From: Ochotona princeps
Taxonomy: Eukaryota
Assembly (NCBI RefSeq): GCF_030435755.1
Contig: NC_080837.1
Span: 45,075,563-45,139,562, forward strand
Direction: 5' to 3'
Length of the DNA: 64,000 nucleotides
In this document: in pieces, positions 45,630 to 59,037 of the stretch
Layout of the letters: each line of letters starts with the position of its first letter
Numbering within the stretch: position 1 is the first letter of the stretch
Program-made: the position numbers and the translations under genes
The notes under the pieces: model-generated
Databases searched by the model: none
Told to the model about the DNA's origin: nothing
The model's input: the letters and a program-made list of their open reading frames with translations, nothing else

Positions 45630-45790
45630 GGCCAGCACCACGGTATAGTAGGTCAAGCCTCTACATGTGGTGCCAGCATCCCATGTAGGTGAGTGCCAGT
45701 TTGAGTACTGGTTGCTCCGCTTCCTATCCAGCTCCCTGTGCATAGCTTGGGAAAGCAGGGCATTATGCCCCAAGTGAGAGCTCTCTCTTC
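45630..45790 (+). mobile_element. C-repeat SINE, 3'-truncated
   Basis: ggggccagcaccacggtatagtagg.. Confidence 0.7.
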
Positions 45791-45804
45791 ATCATTTCCT
45801 TTTC

Positions 45805-46115
45805 TTAAAGATTTCTTTATTTTTGGAAAGGCAAACTTACAGAGAGGAGAAAGATCTTCCACCCACTGATTCACTCCCCAAGTAGCCACAATGTCTGGAG
45901 CTGAGCCAATCCAAAACCAGGAGCCAGGGGCTTCTTCCAGGTCTCCCACACAGCTGCAGGTTCCTAAGGCCTTGGGCCATCCTCGACTGCTTTCCCCGGC
46001 CACAAGCAGGGAGCTGGATAGGAAGTGGAGTAGCCGAGACACAAACCAATGCCCATATAGAATCCCGGCATGGGCAAAGTGAGGATTTAGCCACTAGGCT
46101 GTTGCTCCAGGCCCT
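45805..46115 (-). mobile_element. C-repeat SINE
   Basis: intron 1 / 5' region of TEP1. Confidence 0.85.
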
Positions 46116-46954
46116 CCTGGTCATTTCTTAAATGCTAGTGCACCTTACAATTCTAGTCTAATCCACCTATACACTCTCCCAGAGGGGTCTCATCTAGTTT
46201 GTACTTTAAATAACATTTCTGTGCTGGCAGCTCACAAGTTTTTTCCTGGATCTGTATTTGGTCTAAATTTCTCTTGGAAGCTCCATACTCTCTAACCCAT
46301 GTGCCTATTGACTATCTCCAGCTGAATGACATAAAGGAACCAAAAGTCAACAGATTCCACAGACACCATCTTTCTGTACTCTTAACTTCTGCCCCCATGC
46401 ATTCCTTCTCTTTTGCCCCCTTCTTTTTGAAGGGGTTTAGAATAAGACACATCTAAGTTGGAATCCTCGCTATTTCACCACGGAATCCTGAGCCAGTTAA
46501 ATGTTGTGACCCTCTCTTTTCTCATCTACAAAATAAAGAAAAATGCCTACCTCACAGAGCTGTTCTAGGAATGAGGGAAAAATATATGAAACACTTGGAG
46601 CGAAGCCTAAAACTACAATGTGCTCAGTCAGTGGGGGTGATTATTGTTATTCAACAAACTACCAAATGCTGTGATTCTACATGCTCAAGGTCTCCCACAG
46701 CCACCCAACTCCATCCATCCTACCTCCAGTTCTGTTGAAACACTCTGCTCCATGTGGAGATCTTATGTAGATGTAAGACACGCCCTTGACATATAACCCA
46801 GTCACCATTCACTAAATTACCCTTTTTATTATTCTTTATATATACATACGTATATATGCTTATAACTATATATTGGTTTATTTGCCTGCTTTTCACTGTT
46901 CCTTCTGAAATAAAAGAAGCAGTTTATTTCCTTCTGAAATAAAACTCCCTGATG

Positions 46955-47235
46955 GGGGCTGGCATTGTGGTACAGCGAGTTAATCCACTACTTCTAATAC
47001 TAGCAACCCTGACTACTCCACTTCCGATCCAGCTCCTTGCTAATGCACCTGGGGAGGCAGTGGAGGATGGTCCAAGTCCTTGGGCCCTGCACCCATGTGG
47101 GAGACCCGGACAGAATTCCAGGATACTGCCTGTGGCCTGGCCCGGACCTGACCATTGCAGCCCTTTGGCTAGTTCTCTCTGTTTTTCTTTCTAGCTCTCC
47201 CTTTCAAATAAATTAGTCTTTAAAAATAAAGCTCC
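46955..47235 (+). mobile_element. C-repeat-related SINE
   Basis: intron 1 / 5' region of TEP1. Confidence 0.75.
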
Positions 47236-48389
47236 CTGCTGCCAGGTGCTTCTCTGTCTTGTTCCCTCTGGATCCCCAGCATCACCACACATCCTGCCTT
47301 CGGACCCCCCACCTGCTACTTCAGCTCCTTCTGGTCTCCCGTCTAAGCACTCTAAGCTTCAACCACATGGATTCTTTTGCATTGATGAGTGGCTGGGCTA
47401 CACTTGACTGTGATCTTCTGCATGGACCAATGCCCAAGACACTCCTCCTTCTAACACCACCACAGCACCTCAACTCCTCCTCGTCCGACTCTACTTTCCT
47501 CTCCCTCTCAAGGCCTTGGTTTCATAGAAATTCTTCCAGAGCCTCTGCTGACACCCAGCTCCAGTCTGCTTAGATGCTCCCCAGGTATTCACAAACACCA
47601 TAGGGGAACACCTGTTTGCCTCTTGTCCCACTAAACAGTAAAGTCCTGAGGGCAGAGACTGCTGAGTCTTGTTCACTATGGTTTCTATACTTCCTAGTTA
47701 GTGGGCTACAGAAGTTTTTCAGAACCTATAAAAGCTATGAAGCTTTCCCACAGGGGTGGGGAAACACCTGTGTCTGTACTGTTTGTTCTCTGTTTTTAGC
47801 AACACCATGAAGTATATTCTTAGGTCTCCAAGGATCTCCATAAACTGTAAAATAGGAATCTTTGTGTGACAGAATGCTTGAATGTGTTTGCCTATTTATT
47901 TGAACAAAGGCTTAGCTCCCAATGACATTTAAATATTTTAGCGATGATATTGTTAAGTCAACCATTTAAAAACCTTCATGAGAATGAGCACACAGAGGAG
48001 GGTAGAACCTGTCCAGGACTTGTGAGGACTCACTCTCCGGGATCAGACAAGACCACGTCCTCCCTGACAACACTGCACAGCCTCCTCACTATGGTGCAGT
48101 CAGCCTCCGGGGTTGCTTCCTCCTCACCTTGTGCAAGGGTCAGTTAGTTCCCAAGGGAAGGCCTGAGGGATCCAGGAGTTAACCCAGGATTTTAAAAGAG
48201 AGAGAGAGAAGAGGGGATGGAGAAAAGGAGAAAAAGTCAAAACAGAAAGTAACAGAAATATAAAAACAATTAAAAAAAAAATTTTTTTTTGCCCTCTGCA
48301 GTTTGTGAAAGGAGATTTGCCAAATCCACCAAAGGACAGTTAAACATCTCCCCGCAGGTCCAGCGCCATGCTCCAGAGCTGGCCAGTTT

Positions 48390-49100
48390 ACATTAGTTGT
48401 GCGCTGTCCCAGCCCCTTTCGCCACTGATAAACATGTAGTCCCTGCCTCCACCACCGCCACCCGTGTCTTCTGCTTTACACACACGGCTCACACTGTAAC
48501 ACGCAGGATACCTCGGGGACCTCGTTGTTGTAGCGCACGAATTCCCACCTCGCTCTGTCAAGCGGCTGTATCGTACTCCAGCGAACTTAAGCACATCCCG
48601 AGTTTCTGTCACTACAAACTCTCCTTCCGGCACACACCAGGGCAAGGAAGGACGAGGACAGCTTTTGACTTTGTTTCTCTTCCTCAAGCCCGTGTTCCCT
48701 CAGCTTTCACTGGGCACACGCCTTGCCTTGCCCGAGTGAGCCGCAGGGAGGAGCCAGGCAGGCGCACTCCGCACTCCGAGCCGGGTTGCTGTCAGACCCG
48801 AGTCCCAGGGCCCCCTGGGCCTTTCCCACCCGGCTCTCAGCTTCGCAGCCCAGCGCCCTAGACGTGGGGGTCGGGACCCGTTCTACCTGGGCTCGCCCCT
48901 TCCTGGCGTGGAGCGTCTGGATTCCCGGCAGCAGGAAGCAAAAAACTGGCTCGGGGCTGTGCCAGTGGCAAGGGCGTGCGTGGGAGGAGCCGGGTGGGGC
49001 TGGGCGGAACCAGCGCTGCCGGGCGGGGCCCCGGCCACGTACCACACCAAAGTCCGCGCACGGCTTGAAGGCTTAGCCTGCGTCCTAGCCAGAGTTTGCT
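48390..49100 (-). promoter_or_regulatory. TEP1: CpG island; probable TEP1 promoter / noncoding exon 1, ~3.5-4 kb upstream of the first coding exon
   Basis: GC- and CpG-rich block (ccgcgcacgg, gcgccctagacg, cccggcag ...) in an otherwise AT/SINE-rich window; no convincing coding frame; lies 5' of the TEP1 ATG on the correct strand. Confidence 0.55.
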
Positions 49101-49142
49101 GCTGGTTTTTTGTTTTGTTTGTTTGTTTGTTTGTTTTGTTTT
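49095..49142. repeat. (GTTT)n microsatellite at the edge of the CpG island
   Basis: ttttttgttttgtttgtttgtttgtttgttttgttttt. Confidence 0.9.
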
Positions 49143-49639
49143 TCCCATGCTGGTCCTCATTTCTCCTTAGCCTCAGGGTTCCTCCTCTACCAAATTCGAA
49201 TTTCATTCCTTTATGCTTTTTCTATCCTCTGTGTCATGCTCCCTGCCCATCTGATGTTTTGTCCAGATATCAAAGATGATTGGCTTCTGGATTCGTCCCA
49301 AGTTAATTCAGCTAATTGGAATGGGAAGTCCAAAGCTATATGGTCTGTCACACCTGATAATTAAGGTAGGGTGAACTGGGAGCATGGCCCCTGCACGGAT
49401 CAGAAGAGAGATCTGTGCATTACAAAGAACTTCTGTGGAGCCGAGTGATTGACATGGAACCGCCCATGATGATACTGGTGTCCTTGTGGGCCTGCTTCTG
49501 GTGAGCTGAGTCAAGAAAGCACTGTCACACAAAGTAATTGCAAACAGGGAGACCATTTCCAAAACCCTGATTTCCAGAGCAAGGGTCTATAACCATCTTT
49601 TATTTTAGCGAAAAATGAATATACAAGAGGGAAAATTCT

Positions 49640-49975
49640 TTTCTTTAAGATTTATTTATTTTATTGCAAAGGCAGATGTACAAAGAAGAGGAGAGACAGA
49701 GAGGAAGATCCTCCGTCCCATGACTCACTCCCCAAGTGGCCACAATGGCTGGTGCTGCACTGATCCGAAGCCTGGAGCCAGGAACTTCTTTCCTATCTCC
49801 CACGCAGGTGCAGGGTCCCAAGGGCTTGGGCTGTCCTCGACTGCTTTCCCAGGCAGCAGGCAGGGAGCTGGATGGGAAGTGGAGCTGCCGGGACTAGAAC
49901 CGGCGCCCACATGGGATCCCGGCCCGTTGATGGTGAGGACCTTAACCATTACACTATCACGCCGGGCCGAGAGGG
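49640..49975 (-). mobile_element. C-repeat SINE
   Basis: TEP1-KLHL33 intergenic. Confidence 0.85.
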
Positions 49976-50099
49976 AAAATTCTTGTCATCACATGTAGGA
50001 GGTGGAAACTCAGAAACATGCTCTAATATATGTCACATATTATGGTAACAAGGCTTCACCTCCTACTAGAGTGAGGTTTTACTGTTAAAATGAAGAAAA

Positions 50100-50390
50100 A
50101 CAGGCCAACATTGTGATATCACAGGTAAAGCGGCTGGCATCCCAAATGAATGCCAGTTAACATGACCCATCTGCACTACTTCCCACTTGGCTCCTTGCTA
50201 ATGGACTAAAAAGCCCATAGAGGATGGATCAAGTGCCTGGGCTTCGGCACCCACATGGGAGACCCAGAGAGGTTCCTGACTCCTGGCTTTGGACCCGCCT
50301 AGCTTTGAGTGAACTCGTGGATGGAAGACTTCTTTCTCCCTCACACTCTCTCTCTGCAACTCTTTCAAATAAATAAAGTATTTTTTTTAA
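50100..50390 (+). mobile_element. C-repeat-related SINE
   Basis: TEP1-KLHL33 intergenic. Confidence 0.75.
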
Positions 50391-50634
50391 TCTCATGAAC
50401 AGATTTTCCAAAACTGTTGAATAACTTTGGCAGATTGTCAAACACCACAAGGTATGCTCATTCCTTACAGATATGCACAAAATGCTTTGTGTTCCTATCG
50501 TTTCATAATTTTCAGGGTACTTTCATTTGCAGAAAGTTCAATGTATATTAAAACCAGGCACAAAATCTCTTGTGTTCATATTTAAAGTGAGGTTAGATCC
50601 TAACTACCATGGGTTTCTCATTAAAAAAAAAAAA

Positions 50635-50945
50635 AAAAAGATTTATTTACTTGAAAGTCAGAGTTACAGAGAGAGCAAGAAACACATACACAGAGAGAGA
50701 GAGACAGAGGTCTTCTATTGCTGATTCGTTCCCCAAGAAGCTGCATGGCCAGGGCTGAGTGAGGCCCAAACTGCAAGTCTCACCTGGGTCTCTCATGTGA
50801 GTGGCTGGGTTTCAAACACTTGGGCCATATTTCTCTGCTTTTCCCAAGCTATCGTCAGGGAGCTGGATCAGAAACAGAGCAGCTGAGATCAGAACTGGCA
50901 CCCACATGGGATATCTTAGATGATGGCTATGGAACTGGTGCCCAA
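50635..50945 (-). mobile_element. C-repeat-related SINE
   Basis: preceded by an (A)16 tract. Confidence 0.75.
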
Positions 50946-51060
50946 GGGCCCGGCATGGTGGCCTAGCAACTAAAGTCCTTGCCTTGAACGTGTCTGGGAA
51001 AATGCTGCTTTCCCAGGTGTATGACCAGAGCGCTAAATTGGAAGTGCAAGGGAAAGATTA
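50945..51060. mobile_element. chimeric C-repeat fragment (sense head + antisense tail)
   Basis: gggcccggcatggtggcctagcaactaaagtcc.. runs straight into ..gattagccaattgagtcattgcacc. Confidence 0.5.
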
Positions 51061-51139
51061 GCCAATTGAGTCATTGCACCAAGCCCATTTTCATCCACAT
51101 TTTTTTTAAAGTAACGTCATATATAAAATCAAAATGTGG

Positions 51140-51465
51140 CCCAGGGCCCAGCACAATAGCTTAGAAGCTAAATCTTCATATCGCATGCCTGGGATCCCAT
51201 ATGGGCACCAGTTCTTGTTCCAGCTGCTCCACTTCCCATCCATCTCCCTGTTTGTGGCCTGGGAAAGCAACAGAGAATGCTCCAAAGCCTGGAACCCTGC
51301 ACCCATATGGGAGACACAAAGGAAGATCCTGGCTCCTGGCTTCAGTTTGGCTCAGCTCCTGCCATTGCAGCCACTTGCGGAGTGGACCAGCTGATGGAAG
51401 ATCTTTCTCTCTGTCTCTTCTTCTCCCTATAGATCACCTTTGCAATAAAAATAAATAAATCTTTG
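51140..51465 (+). mobile_element. C-repeat SINE
   Basis: TEP1-KLHL33 intergenic. Confidence 0.85.
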
Positions 51466-53586
51466 CACAAGGCCCAAAAATAAATAAATCTTTAAAAATA
51501 AATAAATAAAATAAAATGTGGCCAAATTCTCAGAGATCTTTTCCAATTAGATAGCCACTGACTGATCCTTGAGGGATATTCCAGCTGTGTGTGAGCCAAA
51601 TGAATTCTCCCTGCCTTGGTACAGAAGGAATCTTTCAACTGCTAAGATGTGTCCAAAACTCCAGGTTCAACTTTCCTTTACTGTGGATGAGGGTAGACTA
51701 AATGCATTCTGCCAATTGCTTTTTTTGTTGTGTGTGGCTTGCTAACTCGCCACTTTGTTCAGCTATAGCAATCTTTCTTCAGGTCATGATCATTGATTAA
51801 ACCAGGACTTTCACCAATCAAATTCATTTAATGCCCAAGGAATTATCTTATTTTCCTTATTTACAAGTTATTAGAGACTACTCACTCACCTTCTGCTCCA
51901 TACATAACCTACCTGATTGTTGATTGGTGACACTCAACAAAAGCCAGCTGGTGACTGGAGTACCCAAACTGTTTTATCTGGAGCAGTGAAGTGCCATTCC
52001 CTTAGCTTTCGGAAATCCTTTTAAAATTGCTCATTTCTGGTCAGTTGCATTGCATGCTCTTGCTCTTCCCCCACAACAAAGGGCCCCAAGCACCCATGGA
52101 GTACAAAGGGTGGTGCTTCTTCCTCTCAAGCGTTCCCATCATGGAGAAAGACACGCAGAGGTCACAAAAACACAAGACAAAGGATGAGAAGTGCAGGTTC
52201 CCTGGATGGAGGATGTAACCTAAAGCCCTTGGACTTGGAAGTGGGAAGAGCGGGCTCTTTGATAAAAAACTGGGAGGGAGGAAGTGGCAGGAAATAGAAA
52301 GGCCATTGGTCTTGCCTGATTTGGTTTCTCCTCTGTCACATTCACAGCATTCACTTCACTGCCAGCGTCACCGCGTCCCCTGTTACATAATTGAGTGCTT
52401 ACTCATGGGGACTTGGCACTTCAGAGGGCTGCTGAGAGCAGCAGCGGCCAATCAGATGACAGGTGCCTTAAGAGCTTCTCCCTGCTGACCCCTCAGACTC
52501 AAAAAGCCCTGCATTTGTTGCGGTTTGTTGACATTTACCAACTTTTTTTCTTATCTTCTCTCAAGGAACATTCACTGCTGACTCATCTCCCTTTTTATTT
52601 ATTTTTGTTTGTTTTTTTGTTGTGGTGGTGCTTCCTTCTTTATTTGCTTTTAATTTGTTTTGTTTTTCGTTTTCCTTTTTAGATACAACAGCTTAAAAAA
52701 AAAAACCCACATAATTTTTGCTTCTCCTCCAGTGAGAAGTATTATCGAATTCCATCTTTGTCTTCTCCCTCTCTTCCTTCTTCTTCTCCTTTCTCTTTCT
52801 CCTGCTCCTCTTGCTCCTCTTCTTCATTTTAAAATTCAGTTGATACATAGAGAGGCAGACAGAAAGCTCCCTCGACTGGCTCATAGAGATGGGACCGGCT
52901 GGAGCAGACACTCAATTCAGATTTCCACGGTGGGTGGCAGGACCCCACCATTTGACTACTCACCGCAGCCTCCCAGGGTGTATATTGGCTTGTGATTACC
53001 TACTTCTTGAATTCAGGTTTACCTAATGCTGTGATTGACCAACATAATGTGGCAGAGTGTCATTCTAGAACTTCTGATGTTAGGTCAAAGTAGCCTTGCA
53101 CTGTCCCCCCAAGATTCTAGAATACCCTCTCAGGAAGCACTGAGGTGCCAAGGAAGTTAAGCCACCTGCCATGTTAAGATCACATTTAGGTTGCATCAGT
53201 TAACTGTCTCAGCCACGCCCAGCCTTCCATACTAGAGGATCAAATATGTGAATGAAGTCTTCCGGAACCCTCAGACCTGCCTGTATGTCAATGGAATGCC
53301 ACACAGCAATTTCTACCAATAACACATGGAACATAAGTATCTGGTGGATGCTTGCCTAAATTTAATGAAATAAATGACACATAAAAATGTGAACCATATA
53401 GTAACCCTTCGTTATCCTTATTTGTGGTTTCTGTTTTTATGGTGTCAGTGACTTACCATTAACTGAAATTTGAAAATATTAGAAGATTCTAGAAATAATT
53501 TATGTTTTAAATGCATGTATTACAGTATGTTATTATAGTTATCCTGCTTTATTAGTAACTATTATTGTTAATCTCTTAGAAAAACT

Positions 53587-53587
53587 T

Positions 53588-53620
<33 letters not shown>

Positions 53621-53626
53621 TTGAGT
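53587..53626. repeat. (AT)n microsatellite
   Basis: atatatatatatatatatatatgtatatatat. Confidence 0.9.
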
Positions 53627-54344
53627 CAGTACTACCTATAATTCCACGAAATGTCTTAGGATGGATTTCCTACTGGCTCTCAGTTCTTTGTGGAGATGGC
53701 TACCTGGCCTGTTGGGTGTAATAATCCTTTTTCCCCTTCATCTAACTTTGCTAGCATGCTTATTGCTGGGGGGAAAAATCACCTACTAATAAAGGAGAAT
53801 TGCTATAATGAAATGATAGCTATTTGAAGTCCTTAAGTTTTGATGTATGAAATGGAGAGCTGGCCTGGTTACTTTAGCTCTTGACAAGCCCATAAACGGG
53901 AAAAGACCAACTGTCTGGTCTGTGGAAGGATTAGGACATACGCTACAATAAAACCCCTCAGCAATGCCTTTTGAGAGGACCAGAAAGAAGAGTGGCTGTT
54001 GGCTAGCAACTCTAGAGGCTCTGGGTGGACCCTGAACGACCCTGCTGTTGCTTGCCAGCCACACTTCAGAGCTGTTCTCACTTCCTAACCATTTATTTCT
54101 CACCAGATCATCGGTCCAACTTGTACAGGGGACTGAAGCAAGTTCAAACGTCCCACTGGAGGCAAAGCTGGGACCAGAATACAAGTCTTCTGATGCCCAG
54201 GCCAGTGTGTGGTCCCAGTAGTACCTACCTGCTCCCTTGACATGTCTTTGATGTTATTGCCTATGTAAAACGATACACTGATGGCTTGGAGGTCTTTTTC
54301 AGAAATACAATGAAAGAGTTTATCAATTGTCCTCAAGCCTTTTT

Positions 54345-54650
54345 TTTTTAAGATTTGTTTTTAATTTTTGTTGAAAAGTCAGATATACAAAGAAGAGGAG
54401 AGACAGAGAGGAAGATCAAAGATCTTCCATCCATTGATTCACTTCTCAAGTGGCTGCAACAGCCAGAGCTGAGCTGATCTGAAGCCAGGAGCCAGCAAGG
54501 TCCCCAGGCTTTGGGCTGTCCTTGACTGCCCTCCCAGGCCACAAGCAGGGAGCTGGATGGGAAGCAGGACCACCAGGATACAAACCTGCACCCATATGGG
54601 ATCTTGGTATGCACAAGGCGAGAACTTTAGCCTCAAGAAACCAGGCCCTA
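54345..54650 (-). mobile_element. C-repeat SINE (first of a head-to-tail tandem pair)
   Basis: TEP1-KLHL33 intergenic. Confidence 0.85.
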
Positions 54651-54654
54651 GGCA

Positions 54655-54985
54655 TTTTTTTAAAAGATTTACTTACTTTTATTGGAAAGGCAGTTTTAAA
54701 GAGAGAAGAGACAGAGAGAAAGATCTTCCACCTATTGATTCAATCCCCAAAATGGCTGCCATAGCCAAAGTTGAGTCACTCTGAAGCCAGGAGCCAGGAG
54801 CTTCTTGTGGGTCTCCCACATTGGTGCAGAGTCCCAAAACTTTGGACCGTCCTCGACTGCTTTCCCAGGCTACACTCAGGGAGCTGGATGAGAAGTAAAA
54901 GAACCAGGACATGAAACAGTGCCCATATGGGATGCCAGCACTTACAGGTGGAGGATTAGCTGGTTGAGCCATTGCACTGGCCCTT
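54655..54985 (-). mobile_element. C-repeat SINE (second of the tandem pair)
   Basis: starts 5 bp after the previous copy. Confidence 0.85.
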
Positions 54986-55199
54986 GCCCACAAGTCTTGT
55001 AAGATAGGGTCTGCCTTAGTACATACAGACTCATGTCATAATAGTAATTGCATAAAAAAGAGTCAGGACTTCTAATCTCACAAGGAATTTCAGTGCCTTG
55101 GGGTAGATCAGACATTTGGAAGTAAAATTTGGATGTTAAAATAGTGGACTTGAAGAAATAACTTGTGCTTTGAGGAATAACAAAATGAAATACAGAAAT

Positions 55200-55545
55200 T
55201 GGGGGCTGGTGCTACAGCATAGTATGTTAAGCCTCCACCTGTGGTGCCAACATTTCATATGGACACTGGTTTGAGTCTCTGCTGCTTCACTTTCAATCCA
55301 GCTCCCTGCTAATACATGTGGGAACATAGCAGAAGAAGGTCCGAGCCCATGGGTCCCTCCACTCATGTAGGAGACCCAAAAGAAGCTCCTGGATGCCGGA
55401 TTCAAACTGGCCCAGCTTCAGCCATGGAGGCCATTTGGGAAATGAACCAGATGGAAGATCTCTCTCTCTCTGTCTCTCCTTCTCTCTCTGTCTCTCCTCC
55501 TGTCTCTGTAATTCTGCCTTTTAAGTAAAAATAAGTAAATCTGTT
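55200..55545 (+). mobile_element. C-repeat-related SINE
   Basis: TEP1-KLHL33 intergenic. Confidence 0.75.
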
Positions 55546-55964
55546 TTTTAAAGGCATATAGAAAATATGGAGACGTTATAGTATGTACTAAACATGATTG
55601 TTTAAACCTGCACTGAGGGATCCAACAGACAGGTGTTCAAATCCTCCCAGATCCTCCTCTGCTGTGGTTTAGTGGTGCGGAAGAAAATAAGGTTAATAAT
55701 CATAAAAATCTCAAAAGTCTCCTGATTCCCTGGCTGGGGCCTCAATGATAGTCCTTGCATCTGCAGTAGTATCAAAGGACGTTGATGTGGCAAAGAGGCA
55801 AATGAGGTTCTCAACTTGGAATGTCCCACTTTGCATATTATTCTCATGACAACCCCTGGCTCCACACACCCTGACTTACAGAACAAACTGCTATTCCAGA
55901 TGACCTTCTCAGAAACCCATACTTAATTCACCTTAGACTGACTGGATATTGCATTGCTCAAGAT

Positions 55965-56275
55965 TGGGTCTTTAAGCCTCCAGTGCCACTCATGCTCCTT
56001 AAGTGGCAGAGAAGTCTCCACTTGGCATGCCTGCATTCCGTGGTGGAGTCCTGCCCCCGCCACCACCGCCTCGCTTGCTAATATGTATCCTGAGAGGTAG
56101 CAGATGATGGTTCCAGTACTTGGGTCTCTGCCACCCATGTGAGAGATGTAAATAGAGTTCCTGCCTCCTGGTTTTAGCCTGATCCAGTCCTGACTGTTGC
56201 ACACATTTGGGCAGTGAAACAGAGGGTGGAAGATCTCTCTTTGTCTCTCTGCCTTTCAACAAAAAGGAAAATTGT
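55965..56275 (+). mobile_element. C-repeat-related SINE, diverged
   Basis: TEP1-KLHL33 intergenic. Confidence 0.65.
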
Positions 56276-56624
56276 ATTATTATTTTTTAATGATGTTACA
56301 TAGTGGAAAAGGATGCATACCCATGTAGACCACTGATTAGGTTGGGGTCAAGGAATAGGGGAAGTGGATGAGACAATTGTTTTCAATTTTCGTTTTTTTT
56401 TTTTTTTTTTTCCTGTATCTGGGGGGAGTGGGGAGAGAAGAAAGGGCTGCTCCCAGCAGCCTAACCACATCAGTACCCAGGGATGGGTGATGGTCACTCA
56501 GTGTCATCCCAGAAACCTGATGAGGAGCATGAAAATGGGAATTTTAAATTCCCGTTATTTATATATAATATATTAAATCTGTTCAGAATTTTAAAAACTG
56601 CTTTGGCTGCTTTTATTTCATATC

Positions 56625-56895
56625 AAATTGCCTGGGCTCGAGTTCCAGCTCTTTCACTCTTGATACAGCTTCCTGCTAATGGACACCCTGAAAACTAGCC
56701 AGCGATGGCTCAAGTACTTGGCTCCCTACCACTCAGTGAGAGAGCCAGGTTAAGTTTCTGCCTCCTAGCTTTGGACTTAGGCCCATTTTGGCCCTGGCAA
56801 AGGATATAGGGCGTGAACTGGTGGATGGGAGCTTATTCTCACTCTGGCTCTGTTTATGTGTCCCTATCTTTCAAATAAATAAATTTTAATTGCAT
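56625..56895 (+). mobile_element. C-repeat-related SINE, diverged
   Basis: TEP1-KLHL33 intergenic. Confidence 0.65.
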
Positions 56896-57034
56896 AATCA
56901 CCCAAAAAGAAAAAAAAAGTTGAAGGAAAAGTGTATTATCTGTCCCAACTCCTTTTGGTGTTGAAAACTATCCTAAATATTGGATCACTTGGATAAGACT
57001 CCAATCTGTTACCTTCCAATATCATCCTTTTGGA

Positions 57035-57350
57035 CCCTGTGTGGCAGCCCAGTGGCTAAAATCCTTGTCATGCACGCGCTGGGATCCCATATGGGTGCAG
57101 GTTTGTATCCTGGTGGTCCTGCTTCCCATCCAGCTCTCTACTTGTGGCCTGGGAGGGCAGTCAAGGACGGCCCAAAGCCTAGGGACCCTGCACCCATGTG
57201 GAGACCTGGAAGAGGCTCCTGGCTCCTGGCTTCAGATCAGCTCAGCTCTGGCTGTTGCAGCCACTTGGGGAGTCAATCAGCGGGCAGAAAATCTTTGTCT
57301 CTCTTCTTCTCTGTACATCTTACTTTCCAGTAAAAATAAATAAATCTTAA
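57035..57350 (+). mobile_element. C-repeat SINE
   Basis: TEP1-KLHL33 intergenic. Confidence 0.85.
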
Positions 57351-57451
57351 AAAAAAAATACTATCCTTTCTCACTAAAATATGATTTATTGGTTGGGAAT
57401 CCTGATTCCTAACCTCAGTGTGACAACCTCAATTTTAAAATCGAACAATGA

Positions 57452-57700
57452 GGGCCCAGCGGTGTGGCCTAGCGGCTAAAGTTCTCACCTTCAACGCACC
57501 GGGATCCCATGTGGGCTCTGGTTCTAGTTCCAGCAGCTCCACTTCCTGGCTCCTGGCTCCGGATCGGCACAGCACCAGCCGTTGTGCTCACTTGGGGAGT
57601 GAATCATAGGATGGAAGATCTTCCTCTCTGTCTCACCTCCTCTCTGTGTGTCTGATTTTGCAATAAAAATAAAATAAAATAAAAAATAAAATTAAACAAT
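57452..57700 (+). mobile_element. C-repeat SINE with ~100-bp internal deletion
   Basis: head gagggcccagcggtgtggcctagcggctaaag.. joins directly to ..cacttcctggctcctggctccggatcggc; (AAAAT)n-like tail. Confidence 0.8.
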
Positions 57701-58639
57701 GAAAGCTAGATTCTTCTGTAACTCATTATCTTCATCCTTATCCCTTTAGTCCCTGAGCTACCAGCTTCACCAGGATAGAGCCAACACTCCCCTCTGTAGA
57801 CATTCTAATTTGACCTATTGCCACCCTTTGGAATTGAGAAGTGAGACTGTCGACCCAGACGAATGTCCTATCTCTGAAGCAAGGGAGAAAATATTTTTAG
57901 GGTTAAGAACCAGTTTCCAAATCAGTCAATTTCAGCAGAAAGATGGAAGAGAATGAGGGTGGTCACCAATTGTTAGATTTAATAAAGAAGCTGTGGCAAC
58001 AAAGAAGGGCGAGTCATTTCAGCAGGGAGTAGAGACGCAAGTCCTATGACAAGGAATTTTACATATGACAGCAAAGTCATATTACAGGAAAAGACTTAAA
58101 AGTCTTTCACAGTACAGAAACTCAGACATGCATGATTTCATCTCTGTGAAGGCTTTATTTGACCCTGTCTTCAGGTAGAGATCACAAAGAAAACACCCAC
58201 AGAAGTTGCCTCATCCTTAGTTTTCTCATCTCCTAATTTTCTTCTTCCCTCTCTTCCTCCATGTTCCCGCTTCTGTCCTTCTGTCTTATATGTCCTACTG
58301 ACATATGTCCTCATCATTTTTGTTTACATGCTTAGTCTACCTTGAACAAACTAGAAAAACTTAGTAAAATGGATGCAATGCAGACCATTATGCTTAGTGA
58401 AATGGTGAAGTCCCCAAAAGACAAGTATCATGTTTTCTCCTAACTGTGGTAACTAAAAGACAGAGCACAAACACACAATACATGCGTGAAACTGACAGCT
58501 TGAGATGTGATTACTGCTTATAGTCCTTGCTGATACTCCTGAGGAACAGTTGACTTTCTACTTGCTACTAGTTGAATTCTTTGCTTAGTGAAAGATCAAG
58601 CTTGTGATTATAAAAGTATGTCATCATAAAAATTAAGAG

Positions 58640-58950
58640 GGGCCCGTGCAATGGCTCAACTGGCTAATCCCCCCCTTTTAAGACCCAGCACCCCATATGG
58701 GTGCCAGTTTGTGTCCTGGCTGCTCGACTTCCCATCCAGCTCTCTGCTTTTGCCCTGGGAAAGCAACAGAGGATGGCCCAAAGCCTTAGGGCCCTGTACT
58801 CACGTGGGAGACCCAGGGTGGCTCCCGGCTTTGGATCAGCTCTGCTCTGACTGTGGCAGCCATTTGGGGTGTGAACCAGCGCATGATTCACTCTGTCTCT
58901 CCTTCTTTCTATGAATCTACCTGCCTTTCCAATGAAAATAAATAAATCTT
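58640..58950 (+). mobile_element. C-repeat SINE with an inverted or chimeric 5' head
   Basis: 5' end reads ggcccgtgcaatggctcaactggctaatcc (antisense-type terminus) before the sense body. Confidence 0.7.
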
Positions 58951-59037
58951 TTTTTAAAAAAAATCAAAACAAAAAGAAGAGGAAGGAGCAAGGGAGGAAA
59001 AGAGGGTGAAAAGTATGTTCTTAAAACTGCATATTTG

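Noticed and set aside
48388-49206. Several overlapping 100-150 aa ORFs on both strands (48397-48861 +, 48707-49045 -, 48858-49160 -, 48883-49206 -)
   Set aside because: All lie in the CpG island. High GC suppresses stop codons. Translations are Pro/Arg/Ala-rich with no recognizable motif. Interpreted as promoter/5'UTR sequence.
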